Positions 1-10,744 are shown, counted from the first letter of the stretch. The stretch: DNA of 64,000 nucleotides from Nitrospirota bacterium (GCA_963840455.1 CAWIYV010000013.1:1-64000); one strand, 5' to 3'. Notes: generated by a model from the letters alone, not told the origin. Numbers and translations: made by a program.

Positions 1-489
1 CACTTCCAACCACGCCGCCTTTTTCACAAAACTCTAATGGCGTGACAATGCCGGAAGTGTGGTCTTGTAGTGCCTGTTTGGATAATTAACTATGAGGAGA
101 TAGTTATATCAATCAAGCACGCATATGGAATATTATCCTGTCAAGCAAATTCTAATAAATATAGAAGGTTACGATAATAGGCATTCTGTAGTATATTTAA
201 AGAAGTCGAGAAGACCGCTGAAGTCTAGAAAAACTACTCAATGATTGGTTAGAGGTGAGCATGATCCAGCACATCGTCTTCGCATTACTGCTGATACCTA
301 AATCTTCACTACCCTTATATTTGTGTGGCGTGACCCAGCGGTCGAGCCATCCTCGTTTGCTCGGGGGCTCAACTCGTCGTTGATAAAAATACAACCGATA
401 TTTTACATCAGTCTTCAACACGCACCACTTCTGAAAATTGCAAAGTACCAGGCCATAGTCAAATTCAGCCTCAATAAAAGGAGATTGCT

Positions 490-1053
490 ATGAAAAAGTC
501 GCTGGGTGCTAAAACGCTTGCGCAGCCAGCACCTGTCTGGGTTGTCGGAAGCTATGACTCGCAGGGGAAGCCGAACATGATGACCATTGCATGGGGCGGG
601 ATATGCTGCTCACAACCTCCCTGCGTCACTATTTCCTTGCGCAAGGCAACGTACACGTACGGGTGCATCAAGGAGCGCAAAGCATATACCATTAACATCC
701 CGTCTGCTGCGCTGGTGAAAGAGGTGGACTATGTCGGCACGACGTCGGGGAAAAATGTCGACAAGTTTGCGATGACGAAACTGACCCCCGTTAAAAGCGA
801 ACTCGTTGACGCTCCGTACATCAAAGAATTCCCTCTGGTGATTGAGTGCAAAGTGCTCCATACGCTTGAGATCGGGCTCCACACGCAATTCATCGGTGAG
901 ATCATGGACATCAAGGCTGAAGAGTCGGTGCTCGGCGAACAGGGAATTGTGGATATCCTAAAGGTCAAGCCCCTTGTTTTCGATGCAGGGCAAGGAGCCT
1001 ACTATGGCATTGGCGAGCGTATCGGCAGGGCTTTTTCGATCGGGAAAAAGTAA
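490..1053 (+). CDS. Flavin reductase family protein (flavoredoxin-like)
   Basis: 187 aa; [29 protein letters not shown] and [10 protein letters not shown] motifs; AAGGAG RBS. Confidence 0.85.
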   Translation: MKKSLGAKTLAQPAPVWVVGSYDSQGKPNMMTIAWGGICCSQPPCVTISLRKATYTYGCIKERKAYTINIPSAALVKEVDYVGTTSGKNVDKFAMTKLTPVKSELVDAPYIKEFPLVIECKVLHTLEIGLHTQFIGEIMDIKAEESVLGEQGIVDILKVKPLVFDAGQGAYYGIGERIGRAFSIGKK

Positions 1054-1158
1054 TAAGGCCATGTCAAATGCGAAAGCCAATGCAGCGAGACCATAAAGAC
1101 ATCTGGGACACAACATCCCCTAAGCATTCACATTTGCGTGGAAAGGAGATGAATTTAC

Positions 1159-1620
1159 GTGAATCACAAGAAAATAGCCATGGAACATGATAAAAAGATC
1201 GCCCTCGTCGCGCATGACAATAAAAAGCATGATCTGGTTGAATGGGCAAAATACAATCAAGTGCTCTTGGATCATCACAAGATTTATGCTACGGGGACAA
1301 CCGGCGAGATTTTGGAACAACAGCTTGGCTTCAAGATCAACAAACTCCAGAGCGGACCGTTGGGCGGCGATCAGCAAATCGGCGCCAAGATAGCCGACGG
1401 CGAGATCGACTTTCTTATCTTTTTCTGGGATCCGCTCGAACCGCAGCCTCACGATCCGGATGTTAAGGCGCTCTTGCGCATGGCCGTAGTATGGAATATT
1501 CCAATTGCCTGCAATCGAGCCTCCGCCGATTTCACGATCTCCTCCCCCTTGATGGATGGCGATTATGATCGTCTTGTGCCGGATTACAATGTTTATCGAA
1601 GCCGGAAGATCGGGGGTTAA
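1159..1620 (+). CDS. mgsA: Methylglyoxal synthase
   Basis: [27 protein letters not shown] and [11 protein letters not shown] motifs. Confidence 0.95.
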   Translation: MNHKKIAMEHDKKIALVAHDNKKHDLVEWAKYNQVLLDHHKIYATGTTGEILEQQLGFKINKLQSGPLGGDQQIGAKIADGEIDFLIFFWDPLEPQPHDPDVKALLRMAVVWNIPIACNRASADFTISSPLMDGDYDRLVPDYNVYRSRKIGG

Positions 1621-1634
1621 CGAGCTGAGCGAGG

Positions 1635-1650
1635 TGCGCTCGCTCATGGA
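1635..1650 (-). mobile_element. Truncated left end of the two-hairpin MITE (family A)
   Basis: Minus strand reads ATGAA|TCCATGAGCGAGCGCA, matching the TGAA|TCCAGGAGCGAGCGCA start of the full copies. Confidence 0.6.
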
Positions 1651-1850
1651 TTCATCAAGCTCCGCTGCAGCCTTGAAGGTGTCGTTAACTGTATCTCCCC
1701 GTGCGAAACGATACTAGTGCTGTTCCCGGCTAGCAGGGAATGCCGTTATAATCCTTGTCAACATCCGCCGGATATTGTAAGCTTTTCCTGCGACGCGACG
1801 ACCCTTCCCTCGTGGCAGCACGGCATGAGCGCGGCCGGCAGACCTCCATC

Positions 1851-4373
1851 ATGGCCACCTATCCCATCGATGCCATACTGCCTGAACTGAACGAGGCCGT
1901 GCGCGGCCACCCGTCGGTGGTCCTGCACGCGCCGCCGGGCGCGGGCAAGACCACACGCGTCCCTCTGTCGCTCCTCGACGTGCTGCCGCCCGGTCAGGGC
2001 AAGATCATCATGCTCGAGCCGCGCAGGATCGCCGCGGTATCCGCGGCGCGGTGGATGGCGCGCACGCTCGGCGAAGAGGCGGGCGGGACCGTCGGGTACA
2101 CCATCCGATTCGATTCAAAGGTGTCGTCGCGGACGCGCATCGAGGTCGTGACCGAAGGCGTGCTTACCCGCCGTCTTCAGGCGGACCCCGGCCTCGGAGG
2201 CACAGGCCTGGTCATCTTCGACGAGTTCCACGAGCGGAGCATCCACGCCGACCTGGCGCTCGCGCTCTGCCTCGACGTCCGCAAAGGCCTGCGCACGGAC
2301 CTGAAGGTCCTGGTCATGTCGGCCACCCTGGACACCGGCCCTATCGCCGCGCTTCTCGGCGGCGCGCGCGTCATCACCTCCGCCGGCAGGTCCTATCCCG
2401 TGGAAGAGCGCTATCTCGAGGAGGAGCGGCCCGGGCCGCTGCCGCCCCGCATCACTGCTGCGGTCCGGACCGCGCTCCGGGAGACCAACGGCGACATCCT
2501 CGTGTTCCTGCCCGGATCCGGCGAGATCCGCGCCTGCGCCCGCGAGCTGACCAACGCGTTCGATCTGAACGAAGAGCGCATCGCGCTCCACGCGCTCTAC
2601 GGCGACCTGCCCTTCGAGGAACAGGAGCGCGCCATCGTGCCGTCCCGCGATCAACGGAAGATCGTTCTGGCGACGAACATCGCCGAGACGAGCCTGACCA
2701 TCGAGGGCGTCCGGGTGGTCATCGATGGCGGCCTGACGCGAATGCTCCGGTACGACCCTGCGACGGGCATGAACCGGCTCGTGACCGTTCCCGTGTCCCG
2801 GGCCTCGGCGGAGCAGCGCAAGGGCCGCGCAGGTAGGCTCGGACCGGGCGTGTGCTACCGCCTCTACGGCAGGCACAGCCTTCAGAGCATGGTCCCGTTC
2901 ACGCAGCCCGAGGTCCTGGTATCCGACCTTGCCCCTCTTGCCCTGGAGCTCGCGGTCTGGGGCGTGAAGGACCGCATAGCCCTGTCGTGGCTTGACACGC
3001 CGCCTGATGCGGCCTGGAACGCCGGGCTGGGCCTGCTCCGCGAACTGGGCGCTCTAGACGCTTCGGGTTCGGTTCTGCCCCTCGGCCGGGCCATGGCACG
3101 CCTGCCGCTCCATCCGCGGCTCTCACGCCTTATGCTCCGCGCCAAAGAGCTCGGCTGTGTCAGCCTGGGCGCTGACCTCGCGGCCCTCGTCACGGAACGC
3201 GATATCTTCCGGCACAGCTCTGCGGCCCACATCATCGATGACCCTGACTTTACCGAACGGGTCGACGCCCTCCGGGCCTGGCGGCGCAAGAAAGCCGTGG
3301 ACGGGGGAGCGGACCAATCCGCGCTCCGTTCCGTGGAGCGGACAGCGACTCAGCTCAAGCACTTGATGCCCGAAGCCACAGGGAGCGATGCCGCGGACCC
3401 GGAGACCGTGTCACGCCTCCTGCTGGCCGCATTTCCCGACCGGGTCTGCAAGCGCCGCAGCGAAGGCGGGGGACGCTTCGTCCATGTGCAGGGAAGGGGC
3501 GTGCGACTGTCGAAGGACAGTTACCTGGGCGACAGTCCGTACATCATCGCCGTATCCGTAGATGCCGGGGAGCGGGCCGAAGGCTTCGTCCACCTGGCGG
3601 CGCCGGTCACGGAGGAGCTTCTGCGCGAAGAATGCGCTGACCGCATCGAGACCGTACGGCGAGCGGAGTGGGACCGCAAGGAGAACAGGGTCGCCGCAGC
3701 CAAAGAGGAACGCTACGGATCGCTCCTGCTGTCCAGCAGGACCTCCATACCGGGAGATGACGAGGTCACGCCCATTCTGTGCGAGGTCATAAGGACCATG
3801 CCGGGCATGCTCGCCCTGACCAGCGAAACGAGACAGTTCCAAGCCAGGGTGGAGCTTCTGAAAAAAGCGTTTCCGGAAGAGCCCTGGCCGGACCTTTCGG
3901 ACGCTGAACTTCTCTCCCGGCCTGAAGCATGGCTCGTGCCATGGCTGGGAGGCATCAGGACCGGCCAGCAGCTTTCCGGACTGAACATCCTGCCCGCGCT
4001 CAGGGCCCGGCTGACGCGGGAGCAGGGACGGCTGCTGGAAGAGCGCGCGCCAGCGGCTATCGTTGTGCCGAGCGGCAGCCGCGTGACGATCGACTATGCA
4101 TCCGGCAGCCAGCCGGTGCTTGCCGTGAAGCTCCAGGAGATGTTCGGGCTTGCCGACACGCCGATGATCGCGGGCAACAGGGTGAAGCTCCTGCTCCATC
4201 TTCTCTCGCCCGCGCGCAGGCCGGTCCAGATCACGCAGGACCTGAAGGGTTTCTGGAATAACAGCTATCCGCTGGTGAAGAAGGACCTGAAGGGCCGCTA
4301 TCCGAAGCATCCCTGGCCCGACGATCCCTGGAATGCCGTGCCCACGCGCCGCGCAAAGCCCCGGGGGATGTAG
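1851..4373 (+). CDS. hrpB: ATP-dependent RNA helicase HrpB
   Basis: GAGKTT, DEFHER, SAT, QRKGRAGR motifs and the HrpB C-terminus (YPKHPWPDDP); ATG 1851 chosen over the ORF-track start at 1755. Confidence 0.95.
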   Translation: MATYPIDAILPELNEAVRGHPSVVLHAPPGAGKTTRVPLSLLDVLPPGQGKIIMLEPRRIAAVSAARWMARTLGEEAGGTVGYTIRFDSKVSSRTRIEVVTEGVLTRRLQADPGLGGTGLVIFDEFHERSIHADLALALCLDVRKGLRTDLKVLVMSATLDTGPIAALLGGARVITSAGRSYPVEERYLEEERPGPLPPRITAAVRTALRETNGDILVFLPGSGEIRACARELTNAFDLNEERIALHALYGDLPFEEQERAIVPSRDQRKIVLATNIAETSLTIEGVRVVIDGGLTRMLRYDPATGMNRLVTVPVSRASAEQRKGRAGRLGPGVCYRLYGRHSLQSMVPFTQPEVLVSDLAPLALELAVWGVKDRIALSWLDTPPDAAWNAGLGLLRELGALDASGSVLPLGRAMARLPLHPRLSRLMLRAKELGCVSLGADLAALVTERDIFRHSSAAHIIDDPDFTERVDALRAWRRKKAVDGGADQSALRSVERTATQLKHLMPEATGSDAADPETVSRLLLAAFPDRVCKRRSEGGGRFVHVQGRGVRLSKDSYLGDSPYIIAVSVDAGERAEGFVHLAAPVTEELLREECADRIETVRRAEWDRKENRVAAAKEERYGSLLLSSRTSIPGDDEVTPILCEVIRTMPGMLALTSETRQFQARVELLKKAFPEEPWPDLSDAELLSRPEAWLVPWLGGIRTGQQLSGLNILPALRARLTREQGRLLEERAPAAIVVPSGSRVTIDYASGSQPVLAVKLQEMFGLADTPMIAGNRVKLLLHLLSPARRPVQITQDLKGFWNNSYPLVKKDLKGRYPKHPWPDDPWNAVPTRRAKPRGM

Positions 4374-4549
4374 CTCAAGATGACCACCGCCACGGGCTTC
4401 ATTAGGACGTTCTCCGTAGCGTTCCATGAAAGACTACGTGAGCAACCTTCACAGATCCGCACCGAATAATCTCTCACCACATTGCGATCCTATACCCCCT
4501 TTTGGTGAAAAGCTACCGCAAATATATGAAAATAATTTACTATTTTTTC

Positions 4550-4577
4550 TTGCTTTTTGTATTTTTTTTGGTATAAT
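4550..4577 (+). promoter_or_regulatory. Sigma70-type promoter of the Gly-rich lipoprotein gene
   Basis: TTGCTT-16 bp-TATAAT with extended -10 TG, in an AT-rich context. Confidence 0.55.
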
Positions 4578-4725
4578 TCTGTCAATCACTCGGCAAGCAG
4601 TAAGAAGCGTAGATAGACCAGCCCCCGGCTTCGCCACATGGAGCCGGGAGGAGAAGCTTGGATAACATCCCCTGTACAGGTCTGGAAGGGACCGGCAGGG
4701 CACCCTACACGAGGAGGTAGATATC

Positions 4726-6840
4726 ATGAAATTTACAAGGATCCTGATCATTATGGTCTTAGCAATGGCGCTTGCTGCATGCGGCACCAACACCAGCACC
4801 AGCACCAGCAACAATAACAACAATAATAACAGTGCAAACGATCCGGTGCCGGTGATACCGACTCTCCTGGCAAGCGGCGGCACAAGCACCAGCGGCACGG
4901 GCGGAAGCGGAGGGTACGTGTACGTTCAATCGTACGGAGCGGTCAAAGTACTGAAATCCGGCACCGTGGACGCGAGCTTCGACTCTTCAGTATCGACGCC
5001 CCCGCTGGAAATTGGTGCCAATCCTGCGGTTGTCAGCGGCGGCACAACGACGCTCGAACTGGTCAGCGATCTCACCAGCACCATAACCGGTCTGTACGCG
5101 AAGCCCGGTGATCCTTATCTGTACCTGGGAGACGGGGACGGCGATACGACAAATGACCTTGCGGTAACGGACCTCACTATAAACGCCGGCGCTACCCTTG
5201 TTCTCGCTGACCAGGGATATTGGGGGGGATACGGAGCGGTCTGGCTATCGAACTACCTGGTGATCAACGGCACGATCACTTCCACAGCACCATCAGTTTA
5301 TGTTGAGGCGAATGTGATCGACGTCAAGAGCAGCGGCAGGATCACCACCTCTGCGACAAATGATGGGTCGAATGCGGGGGACATATGCCTGGGCAACGGG
5401 AACAACATTACCAAGACCATCATCAACCGCGGCACGATCGAGGCAAAGGGCCTCGGCACGGGGAGCGGCGGGTACCTGTATTTTGACGCCGATGACCTTA
5501 TTGTCAATTACGGCACGATCGATGCCAGCGGCGGGAGCAGCGCCGCTGGTTCTGGAGGTAACGGAAATGAGATGGATATTTACGTCAATAATGACGGCGG
5601 CAAATTCTACTCCTTCGGCAGCATTCTCGCGAAGGGCGGCGATAGCACCGACAGCTCCGGCTCAAATGGCGGTACTGGCGGCTACCTCTATATCGATGTC
5701 CCCGACCTAGTTGTCAACACCGGTACCATTGACGTCAGCGGAGGAGGCAGCGATACTGGCGCAGGCGGAAGCGGTGGAGAATTTGACGTCTATGTCAACT
5801 ACGGTGATTTCTATTCCTCGGGCATCGTGCGCATGAACGGAGGTAAAGGGGCGACAAACGGCGGCGACACTGAATCCTGGAACGAATACTGGTATGGATA
5901 CTCGGCATGGATCGAGACCGCATATTCCGACAATACCCGGGGCAGGAACGGTGATATCATCATCAGCGGGACCTGGGAAGCCAATGGCGGTGACGGTGGT
6001 AATGGCAGTGGTGGTTACGGCGGCTATATATACCTCGAGACCGACGCAATGGGAGCTGTAACGATCAACGCAACCATGTCCGCAAAGGGTGGGAATAGCT
6101 CACAAGCAGGATATTCCGGCGGCAGCGCGGCATATGGTATTGAGATCTATTCTTACAACTATTACAGCGATCCCGCAACGCCCGGCAAGATCCGCATTGC
6201 CGGCCAGTACGATCTCCGGGGCGGCAATGGCGACGAAATGGGCGGCAACGGAGGATATTTCTACGTCTACAGCGGCGGCTACAACTCGTCCAATATCGGG
6301 TCTGATGTGGAACTTGTCGGTTTTCCGGCGATGAACCTGAATGGCGGGGATGGAGCGAATGGCGGCAGCGCAGCTTCATACGCAGTCCAGCTCAACACGA
6401 ATTCTCCTAACGGAATGCCGGCAGGTCCTATCACGAACGAGGCCAATATCGAGGCGCGGGGCGGGAATGCCGCCGCGACAACGGGGAGCACAGGCGGTTC
6501 GGGCGGCACCGTGGAGATGATAACGAGCGGAATTAGTGATCCCTCTGAGGTCATCACCAACTCCGGCAGCATTGATATATCGGCCGGCACGGGTGATACG
6601 GGCGGCAGCGACAACAATATGATCTGGTTTTGGGCGCAGCACGTTACGAACTCCGGCAATCTCACAGCCAATGGCGGAAACGTGACAACAGGCGGGACAA
6701 CAGGCGGTGGGAGCGGCGGGAACATCTATCTTACGTCCGACGACGGCATGACTACGAATACCGGTACCCTGAGCGTGACCGGGGGCACGCCGGACGGTTC
6801 GGATGGTTCTGTCAACATAGACGCAGGCGGTCCTACATAA
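4726..6840 (+). CDS. Glycine-rich repetitive surface lipoprotein (probable beta-solenoid)
   Basis: Lipobox LAAC, Asn-rich tether, recurring G-x-I-x-A-x-GG...GGxGGxxxI units; GGAGG RBS. Confidence 0.75.
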   Translation: MKFTRILIIMVLAMALAACGTNTSTSTSNNNNNNNSANDPVPVIPTLLASGGTSTSGTGGSGGYVYVQSYGAVKVLKSGTVDASFDSSVSTPPLEIGANPAVVSGGTTTLELVSDLTSTITGLYAKPGDPYLYLGDGDGDTTNDLAVTDLTINAGATLVLADQGYWGGYGAVWLSNYLVINGTITSTAPSVYVEANVIDVKSSGRITTSATNDGSNAGDICLGNGNNITKTIINRGTIEAKGLGTGSGGYLYFDADDLIVNYGTIDASGGSSAAGSGGNGNEMDIYVNNDGGKFYSFGSILAKGGDSTDSSGSNGGTGGYLYIDVPDLVVNTGTIDVSGGGSDTGAGGSGGEFDVYVNYGDFYSSGIVRMNGGKGATNGGDTESWNEYWYGYSAWIETAYSDNTRGRNGDIIISGTWEANGGDGGNGSGGYGGYIYLETDAMGAVTINATMSAKGGNSSQAGYSGGSAAYGIEIYSYNYYSDPATPGKIRIAGQYDLRGGNGDEMGGNGGYFYVYSGGYNSSNIGSDVELVGFPAMNLNGGDGANGGSAASYAVQLNTNSPNGMPAGPITNEANIEARGGNAAATTGSTGGSGGTVEMITSGISDPSEVITNSGSIDISAGTGDTGGSDNNMIWFWAQHVTNSGNLTANGGNVTTGGTTGGGSGGNIYLTSDDGMTTNTGTLSVTGGTPDGSDGSVNIDAGGPT

Positions 6841-6886
6841 AGAATAAGGAACACGAGAGGTCGTCCTGTAGAAAAGATGATAATTT

Positions 6887-6922
6887 GAGCGGGGCAGGAG
6901 AGATCCTGCCCTGCTCTTTTTG
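6887..6922 (+). terminator. Intrinsic terminator
   Basis: GAGCGGGGCAGGA-GAGA-TCCTGCCCTGCTC followed by a T run. Confidence 0.8.
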
Positions 6923-7021
6923 TTCATACGAACGTCTGTCAACAGGATTTCCTGGTATCTTGCATTGACACGCTTGTCTCTGGCCTTAATTCGCCGCGTA
7001 ATAATCGGAAAGACCGCCTGT

Positions 7022-7083
7022 AGCACCCCTGGCCCGACGATCCCTGCAAGGCCGTGCCCACGCGCCGTGCCAAGCCTCCGGGT
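7022..7083 (+). repeat. Degenerate direct copy of the hrpB 3' end (4306-4365)
   Basis: agcacccctggcccgacgatccctgcaaggccgtgcccacgcgccgtgccaagcc vs agcatccctggcccgacgatccctggaatgccgtgcccacgcgccgcgcaaagcc. Confidence 0.9.
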
Positions 7084-7330
7084 ACTCTCTGGTCACTGCC
7101 GGCGAAACAAAATGAGGACGGTTGATTCGCGCGTAAGAAAGACACTGCAAAAGATCCGCATATTTCCCCCTCCGAATGACGTCTTCTCCTGTTCATCCTC
7201 CCCTGGTCCTGCTAATAAAGTTGCACGGAATTGCGCCGGGGTCATACACACATTGGATCATCTGCGCTATAATCTACCTATAACAATGTGCTCTATTCCA
7301 TTCATGATCCTGGACAAGGAGGGGACCGCC

Positions 7331-8383
7331 ATGAAATGCTCGAAAGATGCACTCCCGATAGCGATCGTATCAGTTTTCTGTGCTGTCTTGTATTGCGCGG
7401 CACCGCTGCTCGCCGCGGGCCCTGACGACGACCTCATGAACAGGGCCAAAACGATTTTCGGGCCATTGCCAGCTTCTATGCCGTCCCCGGACAATCCCAT
7501 CACCCCGGAGAAGGTGAAGCTCGGGAACATGCTCTTCTTCGAATCCCGGATATCCATCGACAGGACCGTGAGCTGCGCCAAGTGCCATCCCCCGGGGCTT
7601 TACGCCGCAGACGGGCTTCGGAAGGCGCTCGGCAACCACTGCAAGGAGAATCCGCGCAACTCGCCCACGATCCTGAATGCGGCGGACCAGATCTCGGAGC
7701 ACTGGATCGGGAACCGGACGAGCGTTGAGGACCAGGCAAGACAGGCGGTGACCGGTCCGCCTGCCTTCGGCATGCCGAACAACGAAGCGGTCGAAAAGGT
7801 CCTGAAGGGAATGAAGGACTACGTGACCCTGTTCAAGGCGGCTTTTCCCAATGACAAGGAGCCGGTGACGGTGGAGAACTTCGCGAAGGCGATCGGCGCC
7901 TTTGAGCGGACGCTCATGACGCCGGCGCCTTTCGACGACTTCCTGCAGGGTAACGCCAAAGCACTCACGGACCAGCAGAAGCGGGGCCTCAAGACCTTCA
8001 TGGATACGGGTTGCATGACCTGCCACTTCAGCCCCTACCTGGGGGGCAAGATGTACCAGAAGTTCGGTGTCTTCGAGCCTTACCAGAAGTACACGAAGAG
8101 CGTGCAGGTCGATGATGGCAGGTTCGCGGTGACGAAGAGCGAGGCGGACAGGTTCGTGTTCAAGGTCCCGGTGCTCAGAAACGTGGCCATGACGCCGCCA
8201 TACTTCCATGATGGGTCCGTTGATCGACTTGTGGATGCGGTCACGATCATGTCCAAAGTACAGCTGGCCAGGGACCTAACCACCGGCCAGGCCGACGACA
8301 TTGTGGCCTTCCTGCAATCACTGACCGGGAAAATGCCGGAATCGATTATCAGGACACCGGTCCTTCCGGCAGAGGACCGATAA
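7331..8383 (+). CDS. Dihaem cytochrome c peroxidase (CcpA/MauG family)
   Basis: Signal peptide, CAKCH and CMTCH haem motifs, RNSPT and FKVPVLRNVAMTPPYFHDGS; ATG 7331 follows a GGAGG RBS. Confidence 0.9.
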   Translation: MKCSKDALPIAIVSVFCAVLYCAAPLLAAGPDDDLMNRAKTIFGPLPASMPSPDNPITPEKVKLGNMLFFESRISIDRTVSCAKCHPPGLYAADGLRKALGNHCKENPRNSPTILNAADQISEHWIGNRTSVEDQARQAVTGPPAFGMPNNEAVEKVLKGMKDYVTLFKAAFPNDKEPVTVENFAKAIGAFERTLMTPAPFDDFLQGNAKALTDQQKRGLKTFMDTGCMTCHFSPYLGGKMYQKFGVFEPYQKYTKSVQVDDGRFAVTKSEADRFVFKVPVLRNVAMTPPYFHDGSVDRLVDAVTIMSKVQLARDLTTGQADDIVAFLQSLTGKMPESIIRTPVLPAEDR

Positions 8384-8478
8384 CGGGCAGCGTTGAGAAG
8401 GGAAGCAGGGACAGGATCGGATCATAAACGTTCCGCCACTCCCTGCCGCGGAGAGGGCTTCTCACGGGACGACGTCAG

Positions 8479-9381
8479 CTAGCCTTTGGCTGCTCGCCGG
8501 TAACCACGCTCCTGAGCAACGGCGTCGAGGCGAAGCGTGGCCAGGTCTTCCACGGGCAGCAGGTCGACCGGGGTGGGGGAGAAGGCGGGGATGACCTTCA
8601 CATAGGTCATGCATCGGTCGCAGGCCTCGATGCGCGGCCCGGCTGGATCATTCTGGAAGAACACCTTGAGAGAGCGATGATCCTCATTCCCGCAGTGAAT
8701 GCAGGACAGCCGCGCGACCCGCCAGTCAGCTCCGCAGAGGCCGCAGCGAAGATGCCGCTCCTGATTATTTCCCTGAAGCTCGGCAAAGAGGGGCGCCGAG
8801 CCGCAGACGAAGCAGGTCCCCCGGTCCCATTTCACGTCCACAACCAGCGGAGCGACGCGGCGGCACCACGCCCGCAGCAGGGGGCTCAGTGCGGTCTGTG
8901 CCAGGAACCCGCATAGATCGCTGTCCAGGCCAATCCGTTCCAATCTGTTCCCGAGCAGTTCGTCATTGTGCGCCAGGATGGTTTGGAATGCCGCGCTTGC
9001 ATCGTCGTCACGCTCTTCGTCGAGCAACAAGCTGATCTTCTCGGCGATCTCCCTGGCGCCGGCCTTTTCCGCAGCCGCTGCGAGCCTTGTCAGAAGACCG
9101 GTTAATCGCTGGATATCGACCTCCAGTTCGAGGCCTTCCAGGTACGGGAGACCCTGTTCAAGTCGCGTTCTCACCTCGTCCTGAGAAAGACCTGTCGGAA
9201 GAACAAGCAATTCCTCGCCGCGAAGAATCGGAAGGATGGCACCGTACAGCCGAGCGGTTTGCGCCATATCTGGAAAGCTATCTGCGATCACCTTCAGACG
9301 TTCGCGCAGTATTTCATCGCCATCGATGGTTCCGGTGTGCATAGCGTCTTTCCGCATCCCGATACCGGGATCGCATCGCAT
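8479..9381 (-). CDS. fdhE: Formate dehydrogenase accessory protein FdhE
   Basis: Four CxxC pairs (CFVC, CGLC, CIHC, CDRC) and DLATLRLD..A...GY C-terminus; last gene of the fdh operon; start uncertain (9342, 9357 or 9381). Confidence 0.85.
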   Translation of the reverse strand: MRCDPGIGMRKDAMHTGTIDGDEILRERLKVIADSFPDMAQTARLYGAILPILRGEELLVLPTGLSQDEVRTRLEQGLPYLEGLELEVDIQRLTGLLTRLAAAAEKAGAREIAEKISLLLDEERDDDASAAFQTILAHNDELLGNRLERIGLDSDLCGFLAQTALSPLLRAWCRRVAPLVVDVKWDRGTCFVCGSAPLFAELQGNNQERHLRCGLCGADWRVARLSCIHCGNEDHRSLKVFFQNDPAGPRIEACDRCMTYVKVIPAFSPTPVDLLPVEDLATLRLDAVAQERGYRRAAKG

Positions 9382-9411
9382 GATCCGACCGGTACAGGAC
9401 CTGCGATATCA

Positions 9412-9771
9412 TTACTCGGCGATTATCGTGCCTGACATTCCTTCGTGGCCGTCGCCGCAGAAGATATCACAGTGGAATTCATAGGTGCCGGCTTTCGGGG
9501 CGAGGATGGTCACCCTGTTGACCTTCCCGGGTTCGATGGTCAAACGAATGCCTCCCAGGTCCGGGACGGTGAAACCATGCACCCTGTCCAGCGAAGTGAA
9601 CTCGAAGATTACCGGAACGCCCGCCTTGATCCTGATCTCGTTCGGCGAATATTCGAACTTTTTCGCGGTTATCTTGATGACCTGCAGTTGGCCGGCCGTG
9701 TCCGCGGCGTACGCCGAGATGACGAAGACAACCAATGCGAGAAGTGCGATCGCGATCTTTCCCTTGCTCAT
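9412..9771 (-). CDS. Exported CuA-type cupredoxin (cytochrome oxidase subunit II-like soluble domain)
   Basis: Signal peptide; HGF ... CDIFCGDGHEGM fits the H..CxxxCxxxHxxM CuA ligand set. Confidence 0.8.
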   Translation of the reverse strand: MSKGKIAIALLALVVFVISAYAADTAGQLQVIKITAKKFEYSPNEIRIKAGVPVIFEFTSLDRVHGFTVPDLGGIRLTIEPGKVNRVTILAPKAGTYEFHCDIFCGDGHEGMSGTIIAE

Positions 9772-9775
9772 GGTG

Positions 9776-10666
9776 CTATCCTTTCTGGACCGGGAATTCG
9801 GTGATCCCATATTCCGCTGTGCTGGTCCGTGCCTGAATGCTTCTGTAACCAAGCCCCTTATAGGGTGCCGCGGGATCCCACGGGATCGGTACGCGCTTTG
9901 GCACGGAACCCGGCGCAGGAAGCGGGAACATCAGGCCGTGAGCGGCATGGTGCGGAATGTGACCGGTTATTTGATGGTGTTCCTGATGGATATGCCCGTA
10001 GAAGACCGTGACATTCTTGTACGGCATCAGGAGGTCGATGGCCTTGTCACCGTCGCGGGTCCACCAGTCCCAGTTCGGATAGAGACTGAAGAGGGGGCGG
10101 TGCGTAAGCACGATGATCCGGGAGTCCTTCTTAAGCTTCTTCAGTTCATCGCCAAGCCATTGCAATTGCGGGTCCGTGATGCTCGACGTCGGGTCAGAGA
10201 CATTGTCGATAACGATGAAATGCACTCCCTTGTAATCGAAGGTGTAGTGGGTCTTGCCAAAATACTCCTGGAAGGCCTCGCCGTTGTCAAGCCCGGCGTC
10301 ATGTTCCCCTGCCATGAACTTCACGTTCTTCACCTTCAGACTGCCGATGATGTCGCGCGCTTCGGCCATGCGCTTCCGCCTCTCCTTGGGGTCGTCCGTC
10401 GTATGCGTGATGTCGCCGGTGAATACGACGAAATCAGGCTGCGCTTTCATGCCATTGACCGCAGCGATGGCCTTCTTCAGCGTGCCCGCAAAGTCGGGAT
10501 TGATCTTGGGGTCCGAGAAGCCCCAATGTGTGTCCGAGAGCTGGACGAAAAAGAAATCATCCTTGCCCATAGCCATCTCATCAGCGCCAGCGCCGCGTGG
10601 TCCTAGAACGACAACAGCGCTTCCAATGCCGATAAGCCTAAGAAAGTCTCTTCTGTCCATCTTCAT
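9776..10666 (-). CDS. Tat-exported metallophosphoesterase (calcineurin-like)
   Basis: DRRDFLR twin-arginine signal; DTH, GD, GEHD, H and GHIH motifs. Confidence 0.85.
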   Translation of the reverse strand: MKMDRRDFLRLIGIGSAVVVLGPRGAGADEMAMGKDDFFFVQLSDTHWGFSDPKINPDFAGTLKKAIAAVNGMKAQPDFVVFTGDITHTTDDPKERRKRMAEARDIIGSLKVKNVKFMAGEHDAGLDNGEAFQEYFGKTHYTFDYKGVHFIVIDNVSDPTSSITDPQLQWLGDELKKLKKDSRIIVLTHRPLFSLYPNWDWWTRDGDKAIDLLMPYKNVTVFYGHIHQEHHQITGHIPHHAAHGLMFPLPAPGSVPKRVPIPWDPAAPYKGLGYRSIQARTSTAEYGITEFPVQKG

Positions 10667-10744
10667 TTCAGCCTCCTTTGTTGAGGATCAATGTATTTCC
10701 GGATAAAGAACCGGGCCGGCGCTCATGGCAACGTTGGTCAACCT

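Noticed and set aside
1-480. ORF 197-421 and a 39-codon ORF at 125-244 in AT-rich DNA
   Set aside because: No recognisable motifs or convincing RBS; upstream context is cut by the window edge
6920-7330. N-terminal extensions given by the ORF track (ccp; likewise 18553, 50259, 55905)
   Set aside because: The extensions run through repeats or upstream genes; downstream ATGs have an RBS, signal peptide or family-typical start
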